Origin: a virus
Lineage: Duplodnaviria > Caudoviricetes
Reading direction: 5' to 3' (one strand)
IMG/VR virus record: IMGVR_UViG_3300015050_000931
Span: 4,135-68,134 of that record
DNA: 64,000 nucleotides
Each line of letters starts with the position of its first letter. Position 1 is the first letter of the stretch. The position numbers and the translations under genes were made by a program. A model generated the notes under the pieces. It made no database searches and was not told the DNA's origin. It was given only the letters and a program-made list of their open reading frames with translations. Below, piece by piece: positions 35,834 to 46,114 of the stretch.

Positions 35834-37956
35834 GAAACCATCTTAATCTTATATTGAGGTAGTATTTTTGGTGTAGTGATTACCGATTGTGGTCTTTGTT
35901 GCTCACTAAATATTGGTAATAGTGCCATAAATAATGCAATACATTCATCAAAAGGAGTTCTATCGTTATGGTCGTATTTTAAAAGTTGTTTTAGTAACGA
36001 AATAAATTTAATTCTATGTACATGACCATTGTATAAATCCATATCAGTTCCGTCTATGTACATTTTCCCGATTTGAAGTTGCTGCGCTAATTGGAACGGG
36101 TCGCCTGACCTTGTTCCCGGCTCTATTAGTTTGTTTCTCTTAACTGGATTTTGGGCAATCTTTGGTGTCCATTCTAAAAAAGCCTGTGCATTTTGTTTAC
36201 AGAAATACCTATAATAGTCCCCTCTTGCATCTATCTCATAATTAACAGTGCAGCCCCAAAATTTACAGGCAAGTAATACTTGTTCATCAAAATGAATATC
36301 TAACCTTGTTTCATCTAAATACATTGCTACTGGACATAGCCCTTTTTCTTCGCCATCCTCTATAAATGATTTTTCAAAGACAAGGATAACAGGCTTTGAA
36401 CCATGAACAGAAACCAACCCCTTTGTTGTATCAACGCCAATAATATATCTTGACTTATTTAGTGGTTCTAAGTACCCCCCTTTATATGCAAAGTTATTTT
36501 GTATATCAGGGAACTTTAAAATATTCCACCCACCTTTTTTATCATCCATAGGCTTAGTGAAAACTTCTACTTTATCAGGCTTATTAGGGAATATAGATTT
36601 AGTTATTTTGTTTTCAGGAACTAACCTCATTTGTCTGATATATGGTGGGTTATCTTCTAACTCTTTTATTTGCATTTGAATGTTTGCAGAATTAAACTCA
36701 CATCCCATCCCTGCGTACATAAACGCTTCTTCTTCGGTACACGGATTCATACGAACTTCTTCTTCGTAATCTATACCCGTTAACCCTATTCTTCGTTTAA
36801 CTTCAACATACTCCCTTGCACCTAATCTTACATCTTCTTCACAAAGTTCCGATTTTAGTTCACCATCTTCGGTATATTTAACCCATCTGCTTACAAGGTA
36901 TTGATACGTTTCTTCATCAGGTTCACCTATTACGCTATCTCCAAATTCATCAATAAAACCTTCGTATGCCTCATAAGCTGGCTGATAAAAACGAACTATC
37001 CTGTTTATTGTTGGCTTCTTTACAAATTGATTAGCCTTATCCCATATTTTTTTATATTCTTCACCACCACCCTTAGACATTTCATTTGTTGTAGAAGGCA
37101 TATCAATCCAACCCACACGCTTAACCCCCTTAACTAATGTCTTTGATATAATGCCAAGCAACTGATTAGCCGGAACATCTTTAGGGTACTTACCAAATTC
37201 ATCTCCAAGAACATAACTCATACGTCCCCGGTCATACGCATTTAATACAGGTGCTTTAAAATTTATAGTTGAGTTATTACCTTCGTTCTTTTTAATAGCA
37301 GACGCTACACCTTCTCTTATATTTTGTGATTTATGTGCAAATATTAATTTGGTAACACTATCTTCTTTATTAACCTGTTTTGGCTTCAAAAATACAGGTA
37401 ACTCCCTGTAAGGGGCTGTTATCATTTGTGTAAATGTATCCTGACTATCTTCTTTGGTTTTTGATATTAAACCACAATTTGAGTTTTTAAAGAATATTGC
37501 TTCGTAAAGAATGTTGGAACATGATTGAGATGATGCCCCCTGTCTTCTTTTTTTAATTCTTATATTTCCAAGACACCAATCAATATCAAACCAATACTCA
37601 TGGAATAGATAATAAATTCTATCTGCTTCCCTAAAGTCCGGTACAGTTCCATCTTCAAGAATGTAGTATTGTAGAAAAAAATAGTATTTCCCTGTTATGT
37701 ACCTTAACCTACCTCCAATCATAACCCATACGCCTTTCTTGCATCTTTTTACCTCTTGTGCTGCAAATATTTCTTGTTCGGGGGTAAGTATTAAATCGCC
37801 ATCTTTATTATATTCAACCGCTTCAAAAAATGAAGGCAAGTCAGCCCTTACAAACTTTTGTTGCTTTCGCTCTTTGCCATAGTTTATAATTTCTGATACT
37901 GGCGGTTCATCCGGCAGTCTTACTTTAGTTCCATATATTTCTATTACGTCACCCAT
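35830..37956 (-). CDS. terminase large subunit
   Basis: Walker A-like KKRRQGAS; Walker B VLGDEFGK; nuclease IIGVD; C-terminal DRTPFDECIA. Confidence 0.88.
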   Translation of the reverse strand: MGDVIEIYGTKVRLPDEPPVSEIINYGKERKQQKFVRADLPSFFEAVEYNKDGDLILTPEQEIFAAQEVKRCKKGVWVMIGGRLRYITGKYYFFLQYYILEDGTVPDFREADRIYYLFHEYWFDIDWCLGNIRIKKRRQGASSQSCSNILYEAIFFKNSNCGLISKTKEDSQDTFTQMITAPYRELPVFLKPKQVNKEDSVTKLIFAHKSQNIREGVASAIKKNEGNNSTINFKAPVLNAYDRGRMSYVLGDEFGKYPKDVPANQLLGIISKTLVKGVKRVGWIDMPSTTNEMSKGGGEEYKKIWDKANQFVKKPTINRIVRFYQPAYEAYEGFIDEFGDSVIGEPDEETYQYLVSRWVKYTEDGELKSELCEEDVRLGAREYVEVKRRIGLTGIDYEEEVRMNPCTEEEAFMYAGMGCEFNSANIQMQIKELEDNPPYIRQMRLVPENKITKSIFPNKPDKVEVFTKPMDDKKGGWNILKFPDIQNNFAYKGGYLEPLNKSRYIIGVDTTKGLVSVHGSKPVILVFEKSFIEDGEEKGLCPVAMYLDETRLDIHFDEQVLLACKFWGCTVNYEIDARGDYYRYFCKQNAQAFLEWTPKIAQNPVKRNKLIEPGTRSGDPFQLAQQLQIGKMYIDGTDMDLYNGHVHRIKFISLLKQLLKYDHNDRTPFDECIALFMALLPIFSEQQRPQSVITTPKILPQYKIKMVS

Positions 37957-38312
37957 TACTTTCTATCTTCCGCTATTGTATCAACAAATGGTTTACGTAT
38001 CTTATCGTTTTCTTCATCACCTGTAACCCCTGCTGTTGCCTTTAAAAATTTAAGAGTTTCTGCTAATGGAGTAATTGCAGACCAAATTGTTTTTAGCCTT
38101 TCCATTGTTTTATCTTTTGGGTCAGATAAGTCTATATCAGATATTTGAGTGTTATCTAAGGCATCTGATAAGTCAGACATATTTTTGTTCAAAGAATAAT
38201 ACAGTTTTGCATCCCCTTTTACTCCAAGAGATTCTAACTTAGATTCAAGTGATTGTATTCTTAAATCTTTTTTTTCTGATTCTGTTTTTGCAGGTTTATA
38301 ATCTTCTGCCAT
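37956..38312 (-). CDS. probable terminase small subunit
   Basis: Helical 118 aa directly upstream of TerL; positional call. Confidence 0.5.
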   Translation of the reverse strand: MAEDYKPAKTESEKKDLRIQSLESKLESLGVKGDAKLYYSLNKNMSDLSDALDNTQISDIDLSDPKDKTMERLKTIWSAITPLAETLKFLKATAGVTGDEENDKIRKPFVDTIAEDRK

Positions 38313-38316
38313 ATAC

Positions 38317-40782
38317 TTACATCATTTGAGGTTGTGTTTCCATTTGTTCTTGTTCCATTTGCTCCTGTTCTGGTTGCTCTTGCATTTGTTGTTGCTGCAT
38401 CATGGCTTGGTCTTGTGCTGCTGCTGTTTGTTCTGATATTTTGGTTTCTATGGATAATGGAATGGAAATGTTTGGAATTAACTGCTGTATTATTGGCATA
38501 GCTATATCGGGCGAAATTATTTGCTTTCCTATGGCTTGCCATAAACCATTTACAGATGCAAGTTCTTTGGCTTGTGTGGATTTAAACATTTCCAAATCCT
38601 TTTCTTCTTTTTGTTTTTCTTTCAGTAAAGCAAGTTCATTTTCGCCAGCTTGTTTTAAAGACATATTTTGTTGCTCTGCATTTTCTTTTACTGCCCTGCT
38701 GCTATCGGCTATTGCCTTTCTTCTATTTTCTTCGTATGTTTTGGTAAGATACCAACGGGCTAATTTAGGGTCATCAATTTCCCGAATCATCATTGCGTCC
38801 TTTAATGTTAATGATGGCTGTCCTAAAGCATCGGGTACTGCACTATACCTGTCAATATCTTTTTCAAGTTGTGCCTTTTCAAATTCAGTAGACTTCATCT
38901 TTACCGATACTTTGAACCTTGTGTTAATCATATCTTCTTTTGATTCAGGTTCTTCTTTTACTATATCGTTCCAATGAAGTAAACATAATTTGTAGCTGGT
39001 TTGCTCCCAAAGCTGGTTATTGGCATTTAATACGAAGTCGGTTACATTATTGGCTGCTGTTTCCTGCTGTCTTTGAAGTACACCACTTGTCCTATCCCCA
39101 ACATCACTACCATCTCTGTATTGTGGTACGCCTATGAGTAAACGAATTTCCTGCCTGATACTATCCAATACATTTGTCATTTCAACCACTTTGGCTACTG
39201 TGGTATCATGTACTGTATTTGATATTGGCGGTGCTTCTCTTTGTAGTGGGTCAAGTCCTTTACTACTCCAAACTTCATTACCCGTTTGGTTATATATTCT
39301 TAAAACTTCTTCCCACGAAATACTATCGCCTGTACCTAAATCTAAGTTCCTTGCTGTTTCAACATCAATACGAATACCACTTGGGCGTATCTGTGATATT
39401 AATTGCTTTCTTTTTAATTTAACTATTGAGTATTCACGAAGCGGCTCCATTATCCTTTCAAATAAAGAAGGAACATAACTACCATCGTTATTCGGAATAT
39501 TTATTGTGTAAGAAGATAACGGCTTTGATGTATCAGTATATTGGTTAATGATTAAATCTGCTTCACCCCAATAAATAATTTTATCCCCGTATGGAGCATA
39601 TACACCACGCATCCATTGTTTCTTTTGCTTCTTTATTACTTCTACATTATCGGGTTTTGGTTGCGTTATAATTTTGCCTTCTTTTGTTTTTTGTTGGTAT
39701 GGAATACTTTTTTTAGCTTGAATATCATCCCTTCCAAAAGCATCTTTTTTTGAAACATAGTAGGTATCTTCTCCACAATCTATTTCGCAATCCATTACCA
39801 AAATAGAACAATCGTCATAAGGTCTGTTACCAATAAAATCTGACATGGCATAAGTATTATCCCACATATAGTTGAACGTACCTATGTTTTTATTATTTGA
39901 AAGTTTGGCTAAATCAAATATTTCCTGTTCACTTAATCCACTTGGTCGTTCTTCACTTTTACCAAAACGTGAGCGAATATCTTTTACTTTAAGATTGTAG
40001 AACTCCCCTATCATTGTTATTTCTAATTCCCCTGTATCATTCATAAAGAAATTCCATATACAGTTATTGGATATACATTTTCTTACTGTATATTGTTTTG
40101 GAGCAAGTCTTTCTATTTTTGTAATGCCGGTATTTAAAACTACAAAATCGTATAATGTTTTCCTGTTCAGTACCTTTTCAAATTGAATATTATCCATAAC
40201 CATATTCAACATCTGCTCAAACCTTATTTCCTTTGGTAATCTATCTTCTAACTGAAAATATACTTTAGCTGACATTTCATCATCAGGAACATAAACATTA
40301 CTTGGTTCTAATTGTACCCCTGATTCTTGCTGTAAAGCATTTATGGTTTCTATTTCGTGCATACGAAAAAGAGCTTCGTATAACCTATCTTCTTTTTCAC
40401 TTAAACTTCCATTATCAATGGCATCTACACTTGGATAACCCTTATTCTTACTCATGCTTTCAACTAATACCCCTACAAACCACGGTGCTATTCTTTGGGG
40501 GGTTAAGTCCATATTGACCCACGCCTTATTTGCGTCACTTACCCCCATATAGTCCAAGAACTCTTTTTGATTTTGAGAGCCTTTTGACCATAGAAGTAGT
40601 TCTTCCTGTCGTGCCTTTCGCCCTAAATAATAGTTGTAATTTGTCGCATTAGAAGTCTGCTGTGCATAAAAGGCTTTCATTATAATCTTGCCTTTCTCTT
40701 TTGATTTCTTTTCTTCGCTTGATAAAAAGAAACGCTGCAATAAAGGATTGTAGTTTAAATCCTGTGCGGAATTTTCTGCCAT
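38317..40782 (-). CDS. portal protein
   Basis: 821 aa next to the terminase; IRLLIGVPQYRDGS motif; Q/E-rich C-terminal tail. Confidence 0.78.
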   Translation of the reverse strand: MAENSAQDLNYNPLLQRFFLSSEEKKSKEKGKIIMKAFYAQQTSNATNYNYYLGRKARQEELLLWSKGSQNQKEFLDYMGVSDANKAWVNMDLTPQRIAPWFVGVLVESMSKNKGYPSVDAIDNGSLSEKEDRLYEALFRMHEIETINALQQESGVQLEPSNVYVPDDEMSAKVYFQLEDRLPKEIRFEQMLNMVMDNIQFEKVLNRKTLYDFVVLNTGITKIERLAPKQYTVRKCISNNCIWNFFMNDTGELEITMIGEFYNLKVKDIRSRFGKSEERPSGLSEQEIFDLAKLSNNKNIGTFNYMWDNTYAMSDFIGNRPYDDCSILVMDCEIDCGEDTYYVSKKDAFGRDDIQAKKSIPYQQKTKEGKIITQPKPDNVEVIKKQKKQWMRGVYAPYGDKIIYWGEADLIINQYTDTSKPLSSYTINIPNNDGSYVPSLFERIMEPLREYSIVKLKRKQLISQIRPSGIRIDVETARNLDLGTGDSISWEEVLRIYNQTGNEVWSSKGLDPLQREAPPISNTVHDTTVAKVVEMTNVLDSIRQEIRLLIGVPQYRDGSDVGDRTSGVLQRQQETAANNVTDFVLNANNQLWEQTSYKLCLLHWNDIVKEEPESKEDMINTRFKVSVKMKSTEFEKAQLEKDIDRYSAVPDALGQPSLTLKDAMMIREIDDPKLARWYLTKTYEENRRKAIADSSRAVKENAEQQNMSLKQAGENELALLKEKQKEEKDLEMFKSTQAKELASVNGLWQAIGKQIISPDIAMPIIQQLIPNISIPLSIETKISEQTAAAQDQAMMQQQQMQEQPEQEQMEQEQMETQPQMM

Positions 40783-40798
40783 TATTAGATATTTGGCA

Positions 40799-40807
40799 AT
40801 AAAGTTA
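40799..40807 (-). promoter_or_regulatory. -7 promoter element for the portal/terminase genes
   Basis: TAACTTTAT on the minus strand, 17 bp before the portal ATG. Confidence 0.5.
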
Positions 40808-40812
40808 CTTAA

Positions 40813-41391
40813 TTATTTGATAATACCAACTACTTGTGATTCATGTACCTTAGTTACTCTTTTTTCAGTTCCATTGAAGTTGTACACTATATCGTACCCT
40901 GCATTTAATCTATGGATAATGGTTTGCCCTTTTTTGTAGTCTGTCCATCTGCCATCTAATACTTCTGCTCTATCAATAAAAGTTTTTCGATATTGTATTG
41001 GTATTTCAGGTCGGTTATCTGTTGGTATTCTTTGGCAAATTATGTTCCCGTTTAATGGACTTATATTCCCGTTTTCATCCAAAGTGCCAAACACTATATT
41101 ATCGTATGGTATGGAGAATAAATCTTCTTCAAGATAATAAGGTGAAGGTTCGTAGAAAGTATTGTGGTGGCAAACTATTATATCCCCCGATTTCAAATAC
41201 CTGTTACCTGTAACCACCTCTGCAATGGTAGGGCTTTTTTCCCTGTAATTTGTGTCAAATAAGGCAGCCGTCTTTAACTTTACACCATTGATTACCACTT
41301 CATCCTTTTGGGATAAATTGGAACGTACTAATATCTTGCCATTTACGCTTACCATTAAATTACACCAATGATTTCTTGCTCGTTTAGGCAT
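40813..41391 (-). CDS. tandem GroES-like domain protein (probable start 41355)
   Basis: Two repeats of the V(N)GxIxV..G.V..G...GD.I pattern; follows groES. Confidence 0.5.
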   Translation of the reverse strand: MPKRARNHWCNLMVSVNGKILVRSNLSQKDEVVINGVKLKTAALFDTNYREKSPTIAEVVTGNRYLKSGDIIVCHHNTFYEPSPYYLEEDLFSIPYDNIVFGTLDENGNISPLNGNIICQRIPTDNRPEIPIQYRKTFIDRAEVLDGRWTDYKKGQTIIHRLNAGYDIVYNFNGTEKRVTKVHESQVVGIIK

Positions 41392-41624
41392 AGGTAAACT
41401 TGCCCATCAATGTCAATTTCTTGACCGATTCCAGCGTAGAAAATCCCTTTTTTCCCTTTGCCGTTTTTTATATCAGGGTCGGTTACTTTACCCCCAATGG
41501 AAAAAATTTCACCCCTGCTTGGCTTTACCCTTCCTTTGCCCGGTATAATTATACCTGCTTTTTCTTTTTCTACTTCATCCCTAATTATGAATATGAAGTT
41601 ATTTGTAGCTTTTGGAATAGACAT
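41355..41624 (-). CDS. groS: co-chaperonin GroES-like
   Basis: KAGIIIPGKG...RGEIFSIG...IDGQVYLCLNEQEIIGVI. Confidence 0.75.
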   Translation of the reverse strand: MSIPKATNNFIFIIRDEVEKEKAGIIIPGKGRVKPSRGEIFSIGGKVTDPDIKNGKGKKGIFYAGIGQEIDIDGQVYLCLNEQEIIGVI

Positions 41625-41661
41625 ATTTATATATTATATTACTTGTGTGAATCGTGAAACA

Positions 41662-43257
41662 TTAGCTTACGGTTATTATGCTACATTCACTTGTAAGAAC
41701 CATACCTGCCACCGATACCGCATTAGTTAATGCACATCTAAGGGCTTTGGTGCTGTCTATAATACCTGCTTCAACCATATCTACTATTTCTCCCGTTAAA
41801 GCATCGTACCCCATGTTCCCTTGTTCTACTGAAACCTTTAAGTAAACTTCCTTTGAATTAACTCCTGCGTTTTCGCATATCTGAATAAGTGGTTTACTTA
41901 GTGAATCAAGTACAAGTTTTTTACCTTTTAAGTAATCTATGTTACCACTTATTGTAACAGTGTCAGGTATTCTTAAAAATGCTGTACCACCACCTGCTAA
42001 AAAACCTTCGCTAATAGCCGCCCTTGTTGCCCTTACTGAATCATCCACCCTGTCTAATTTTTCTTTTAATTCTGTTTCTGTGGCAGCACCTACTTGGATA
42101 ACAGCTACACTACTGTTCAAACGTGCTATTCTTTTTTCTATTGGGTATTTTTCATCTTCTGTTTTGGCTTGGGCTAAGTTCATTTGTAGGTCAGCAATCA
42201 TTTCATCATACTTTTCAGAATCCCTTTTACCACCCCTTATAATTGTTTCTGTGGCTGATATAATAACCTTTTCAGCCTGTCCTAAATTTGATAATTCAAC
42301 CTCTTTAATATCTAAACCATGTAAATCACTTACGTAATCACCTCCTGTTATAAGGGCTATATCTTCCATCCATTCACGTCTTAGATTGCCAAATTCAGGA
42401 GATTTAACAGCACAAGCCCTAAACCTTTGCTGATAGCTATTGATAGCCAAATAAGCCAACCCTTCTTCTTCTGAATCTTCACAAATTATTAATAGTGGTT
42501 TATTTTCCTGAATGGATATACCTATTGCCCGTTCAATTTGTGTGTGGTGGGTTACTTTCTTATCGTATAAAAGTATTAATGGATTATCAAATTCGCAAGT
42601 TTCCTTTGCCTTATTGGTAACAAATAACGGGCTTATCCACCCCCTATCTATTTTAAAGCCATCTGAAATCTTAATTTCTGTTGAAGTTCCATTACTTGCC
42701 TCAATATCAATTATACCTGCATCTCCAATTTTTGAATAAGCATCAGCAATTAAATCCCCAATAACCTTATCGTTGTTGGCACTAACAGTAGCAATTTGCC
42801 GAATCCGTTCTATATCTCCTTTAACGGGTGTAGACATTTTCTTTAGTTCACCAACCACATATTCTAATGCCTTATCCATTCCTTTTTTTAACTGCTGTGA
42901 GTTTGCCCCTTCATCAATTAACTTCATGCCATTTTCAATAAGGCTACCTGCAAGTACACAAGTACAGGTTGTCGCATCACCTGCTTCATTTACTGTCTTT
43001 GTAGCTGCTTCTGTTACCATCATTGCCCCACGTTGCTCTACTGCATCAGGTAATCTAAAATGCTTCGCTACTGTATATCCGTCTTTAGATACAATGGTAG
43101 GCATATTAACCAAACCGTCTTGTCCATATTCAGCGTTCCCAATCAACACACATTTACCTGCTGCCCCCATTGTACTGCCGACAGCCTTTGTTATTTTTTG
43201 TACACCTGCTAATATTCTATCTCTTGATTCTTTACCGTAAAGGACTTCTTTTATCAT
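41662..43257 (-). CDS. groL: chaperonin GroEL-like
   Basis: TIVSKDGYTVAK, AGDATT, ATVSANND, GFLAGGG, GIIDSTK motifs; no GGM tail. Confidence 0.93.
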   Translation of the reverse strand: MIKEVLYGKESRDRILAGVQKITKAVGSTMGAAGKCVLIGNAEYGQDGLVNMPTIVSKDGYTVAKHFRLPDAVEQRGAMMVTEAATKTVNEAGDATTCTCVLAGSLIENGMKLIDEGANSQQLKKGMDKALEYVVGELKKMSTPVKGDIERIRQIATVSANNDKVIGDLIADAYSKIGDAGIIDIEASNGTSTEIKISDGFKIDRGWISPLFVTNKAKETCEFDNPLILLYDKKVTHHTQIERAIGISIQENKPLLIICEDSEEEGLAYLAINSYQQRFRACAVKSPEFGNLRREWMEDIALITGGDYVSDLHGLDIKEVELSNLGQAEKVIISATETIIRGGKRDSEKYDEMIADLQMNLAQAKTEDEKYPIEKRIARLNSSVAVIQVGAATETELKEKLDRVDDSVRATRAAISEGFLAGGGTAFLRIPDTVTISGNIDYLKGKKLVLDSLSKPLIQICENAGVNSKEVYLKVSVEQGNMGYDALTGEIVDMVEAGIIDSTKALRCALTNAVSVAGMVLTSECSIITVS

Positions 43258-43388
43258 ATTGTATTTTTAAAAAATTGGTTTAAAATATATCTTATAGCTT
43301 CAACTATTGTAAATCCATTATCTTCTGCATAAACACGCAATCTGTTATAAAGTGGTATGCTTATCCTTAATGTGAATTTTTTCTTCAT
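43254..43388 (-). CDS. ribbon-helix-helix DNA-binding protein (44 aa, not in the ORF track)
   Basis: Manual translation: MKKKFTLRISIPLYNRLRVYAEDNGFTIVEAIRYILNQFFKNTI; its TGA overlaps the groEL ATG. Confidence 0.7.
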   Translation of the reverse strand: MKKKFTLRISIPLYNRLRVYAEDNGFTIVEAIRYILNQFFKNTI

Positions 43389-43481
43389 CCAAAATAGTAG
43401 GTATCAACTTTAGCCATAAAGGTATCAATTTAAGATTAATCTGCAAAAAATAATTCATCTTTAACTTCTAAAATATATTTT

Positions 43482-43721
43482 ATGGCAACAAACATTGTAG
43501 CAACAACGGTTTATCAACTAAATCAGAAAAATCTTGTACCAACTGGGCCTTATATTGTAGGCTTCCCAACACAAGGTTGCATACTAACAGATTGTACAGC
43601 ATCTACAACAAGGGCATTAAGCAGCACTATTAATGTGTATTGTGCAGTACAAGTGCCTAATGGAGATAAGTATTATGTAGTTCAAACTGTTGCACAGATG
43701 ACTACCCTCTTTAACGCATAA
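43482..43721 (+). CDS. hypothetical protein, lone + strand gene
   Basis: 79 aa, ATG start with A/T-rich leader, terminator downstream. Confidence 0.55.
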   Translation: MATNIVATTVYQLNQKNLVPTGPYIVGFPTQGCILTDCTASTTRALSSTINVYCAVQVPNGDKYYVVQTVAQMTTLFNA

Positions 43722-43749
43722 TTTAAAACTAATTTTATGCCACAACAAT

Positions 43750-43770
43750 AACCCACTTAGTTGGGTTTTT
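43750..43770. terminator. hairpin terminator between convergent genes
   Basis: AACCCA-loop-TGGGTT plus a T-run. Confidence 0.5.
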
Positions 43771-44578
43771 GTTGTTCCCCTAATAAAAGTTTTACATAGT
43801 ACTCCAATGCTTCTTGTGCATAAAAATAATACCCATCATTGCCCATTGGAATAACATTTGGAGCAAATGAACAAAGTTCTACTATTCTTGGATTTTTTTG
43901 TGCCTCTGCAATCTGAAAAATTTGCGTTTGGTTCGATAGCAACCCTAATGATTGATTTAATATTTGAGCCAATTCCAAAAAATCATTTATAATAACCCTA
44001 TCTATATTAAGGTTAAATCTTAAAGTAAATATTGCATACTCTAAGTCATTACCTACAAATAATAGCTTACTTTCAAACTGTTTTAAAAATCTGTAATTAA
44101 CCTGTGGATTGTGATACCTTTCAGACCTCGCTACAATCAATTTCCCTTTAGCAATATTCTCTTTCATTTCAGGGACTTCAATATATTTTTCTGAAAAATC
44201 ACAAGCTAAATCAGGGAATACTATTGGATACCACATTCTCAAATCGCCATGTGGCATATTAACAAATGTTTCTCTTATTTTACCTAAATCAACATTTATA
44301 GGTTCGCCATTCCACACTTTACAGTCTTCAATATAAGGCTGCTCTTTATACAAAGGTATCATCATGTCAATTACCTGCTGATTTAACATCACTTGCGTAC
44401 CTGAACTATCGGTTGTTGGATGCACTGCACCTTCGTAATAAAACGCCTTTATATCTTTAGCTAAATAAAGTATTACTTTTTTACCTGTTTTTCTGTGATA
44501 TTCTTTCATAACAGGTAAAGACGCATGGACATCTCCAATAGAACCCTGATGTAAGAATGAAGTTGTTTTATTCCCCAT
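43757..44578 (-). CDS. GT-B glycosyltransferase (GT9/heptosyltransferase-like)
   Basis: HQGSIGDVHASLPVMK N-terminal motif; LELAQILNQSLGLLSNQT C-terminal motif. Confidence 0.7.
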   Translation of the reverse strand: MGNKTTSFLHQGSIGDVHASLPVMKEYHRKTGKKVILYLAKDIKAFYYEGAVHPTTDSSGTQVMLNQQVIDMMIPLYKEQPYIEDCKVWNGEPINVDLGKIRETFVNMPHGDLRMWYPIVFPDLACDFSEKYIEVPEMKENIAKGKLIVARSERYHNPQVNYRFLKQFESKLLFVGNDLEYAIFTLRFNLNIDRVIINDFLELAQILNQSLGLLSNQTQIFQIAEAQKNPRIVELCSFAPNVIPMGNDGYYFYAQEALEYYVKLLLGEQQKPN

Positions 44579-44581
44579 AAA

Positions 44582-45160
44582 TTATTTCACTACCCATTTA
44601 ATTAATGAAAATTTATTTCTGTTATCTGAAATTGAATTTTGTAGTATTTTTTTTACTTCGCTGTCTGGTATTTCTGTATCATCAAATCCACCCATTGTTA
44701 AAATACACCAAAGGGAATCTTCTGTTAATACTTGTTTATGTTCTTCAAAAAACAATGCAGCTTCCATGAAGGTTGGTATTGGATTATTTACATCGGTAAC
44801 TTCAAATAGCTCTTGCCAGTTTTCATTTTTATCTCTTGGGTAAACATTTTTAAAATAAGTGGCATTTGGAACAGATACTACCATTACCCCACCTGTTATA
44901 AGAACCCTCTTACATTCCTTTATTAACCTTACAGCTTCTTGGGCATCTAAGTGTTCAACGAAGTGGGAAAGGAATATTCCATCACAAGAATTATCTTCAA
45001 ATGGGATGCCATTAGTTAAGTCATGTTCAATATAGTTTGGTTCTGCATCTATTTGAGAACGCTCTACTGTTGTGATAGGGAATACACTTTTTAAGATGTC
45101 TATGTTTATAAATGGAGCTGGTGGTCTATATGCACTACAAGCTAAGTTTAGTATTCGCAT
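44582..45160 (-). CDS. class I SAM methyltransferase (type 11-like)
   Basis: LNLACS...DLTNGIPFEDNSCDGIFLSHFVEHL..ECKRVLITGG. Confidence 0.8.
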   Translation of the reverse strand: MRILNLACSAYRPPAPFINIDILKSVFPITTVERSQIDAEPNYIEHDLTNGIPFEDNSCDGIFLSHFVEHLDAQEAVRLIKECKRVLITGGVMVVSVPNATYFKNVYPRDKNENWQELFEVTDVNNPIPTFMEAALFFEEHKQVLTEDSLWCILTMGGFDDTEIPDSEVKKILQNSISDNRNKFSLIKWVVK

Positions 45161-45182
45161 AATTATAGAACTTTTTTATATT

Positions 45183-45422
45183 TTAAAATTCATTCAATGG
45201 TTTGTCTTGTGCAAAAAAAGAACCTTCTGGTACAACAAATTCATAATTGCTTCTGTGAGTGCCGGACATTATAGCCTTTTCAATTTGAGACATAAGTTTA
45301 TATCTTGCTTTAATCTGCATAGCGTTATATGAATCAGGATTAAAAATAAGTTCATATACTTCCGCAGTTAAATCTCTATTTTTTGCTTTTAATTTTTTAT
45401 ATGAGTTCATTATTTCTCCCAA
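45183..45422 (-). CDS. hypothetical protein
   Basis: 79-aa ORF in the operon. Confidence 0.5.
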   Translation of the reverse strand: MGEIMNSYKKLKAKNRDLTAEVYELIFNPDSYNAMQIKARYKLMSQIEKAIMSGTHRSNYEFVVPEGSFFAQDKPLNEF

Positions 45423-46114
45423 AGTTTTGAATAATCAATACCCGTTACTTTACTAACCCCTTCTAAATATTCTTTTTGTTCCGATTCTGTCATTGCTGTA
45501 ATATCTGTTCCGGGATTATCTGGTAACTCCTGACTAAAATTAAGAGGGAAGTTTTCCGGTCTTCTTGATACCAATGCAAGTCCATTATCTGCACTAAACT
45601 CCATAATATCACAATTAGGTAATGGGTTCTCCCTAAGTTCTTTAAGAAACAATTTTGTGCCAACACAATTCCTTACATCATCAAACCCAACCACTTTTGC
45701 CCCTCTATCCCATGCCATCATAAAATCTCTCTTGCAAATCTTATAACTATGCCATCCATCCACATAAGCAAAATCTACTTTATCAGGCCATTGTACTTCA
45801 TCTGAATTCCCTTCTAACAATGTTACAACATCAAGTACTCCTGCTTTGGTAAAATTATCAATCAAGTGTTGCTTTGGGTCGCCATACTTTGAAACGTGTT
45901 CATGCAAACTAAAATTATCTATGCAATAAAGATGACCTTTTTTATTTTCTTGTAATGCTTTGGCAAAATAACAAGCCGAAAAACCTCTATAAGTTCCGCA
46001 CTCAACCACCACATCAGGCTTAATAGCACGAATAATCCCATACATGATTTTAGGGTGGTCGTACCGCCAATCGTGGAAAAGTTCTTCAATGTAGTCAAAG
46101 TAGTTATTATTCAT
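45410..46114 (-). CDS. SAM methyltransferase (Methyltransf_24-like)
   Basis: VVECGTYRGFSA...VDFAYVDGWHSY...FDD. Confidence 0.85.
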   Translation of the reverse strand: MNNNYFDYIEELFHDWRYDHPKIMYGIIRAIKPDVVVECGTYRGFSACYFAKALQENKKGHLYCIDNFSLHEHVSKYGDPKQHLIDNFTKAGVLDVVTLLEGNSDEVQWPDKVDFAYVDGWHSYKICKRDFMMAWDRGAKVVGFDDVRNCVGTKLFLKELRENPLPNCDIMEFSADNGLALVSRRPENFPLNFSQELPDNPGTDITAMTESEQKEYLEGVSKVTGIDYSKLWEK

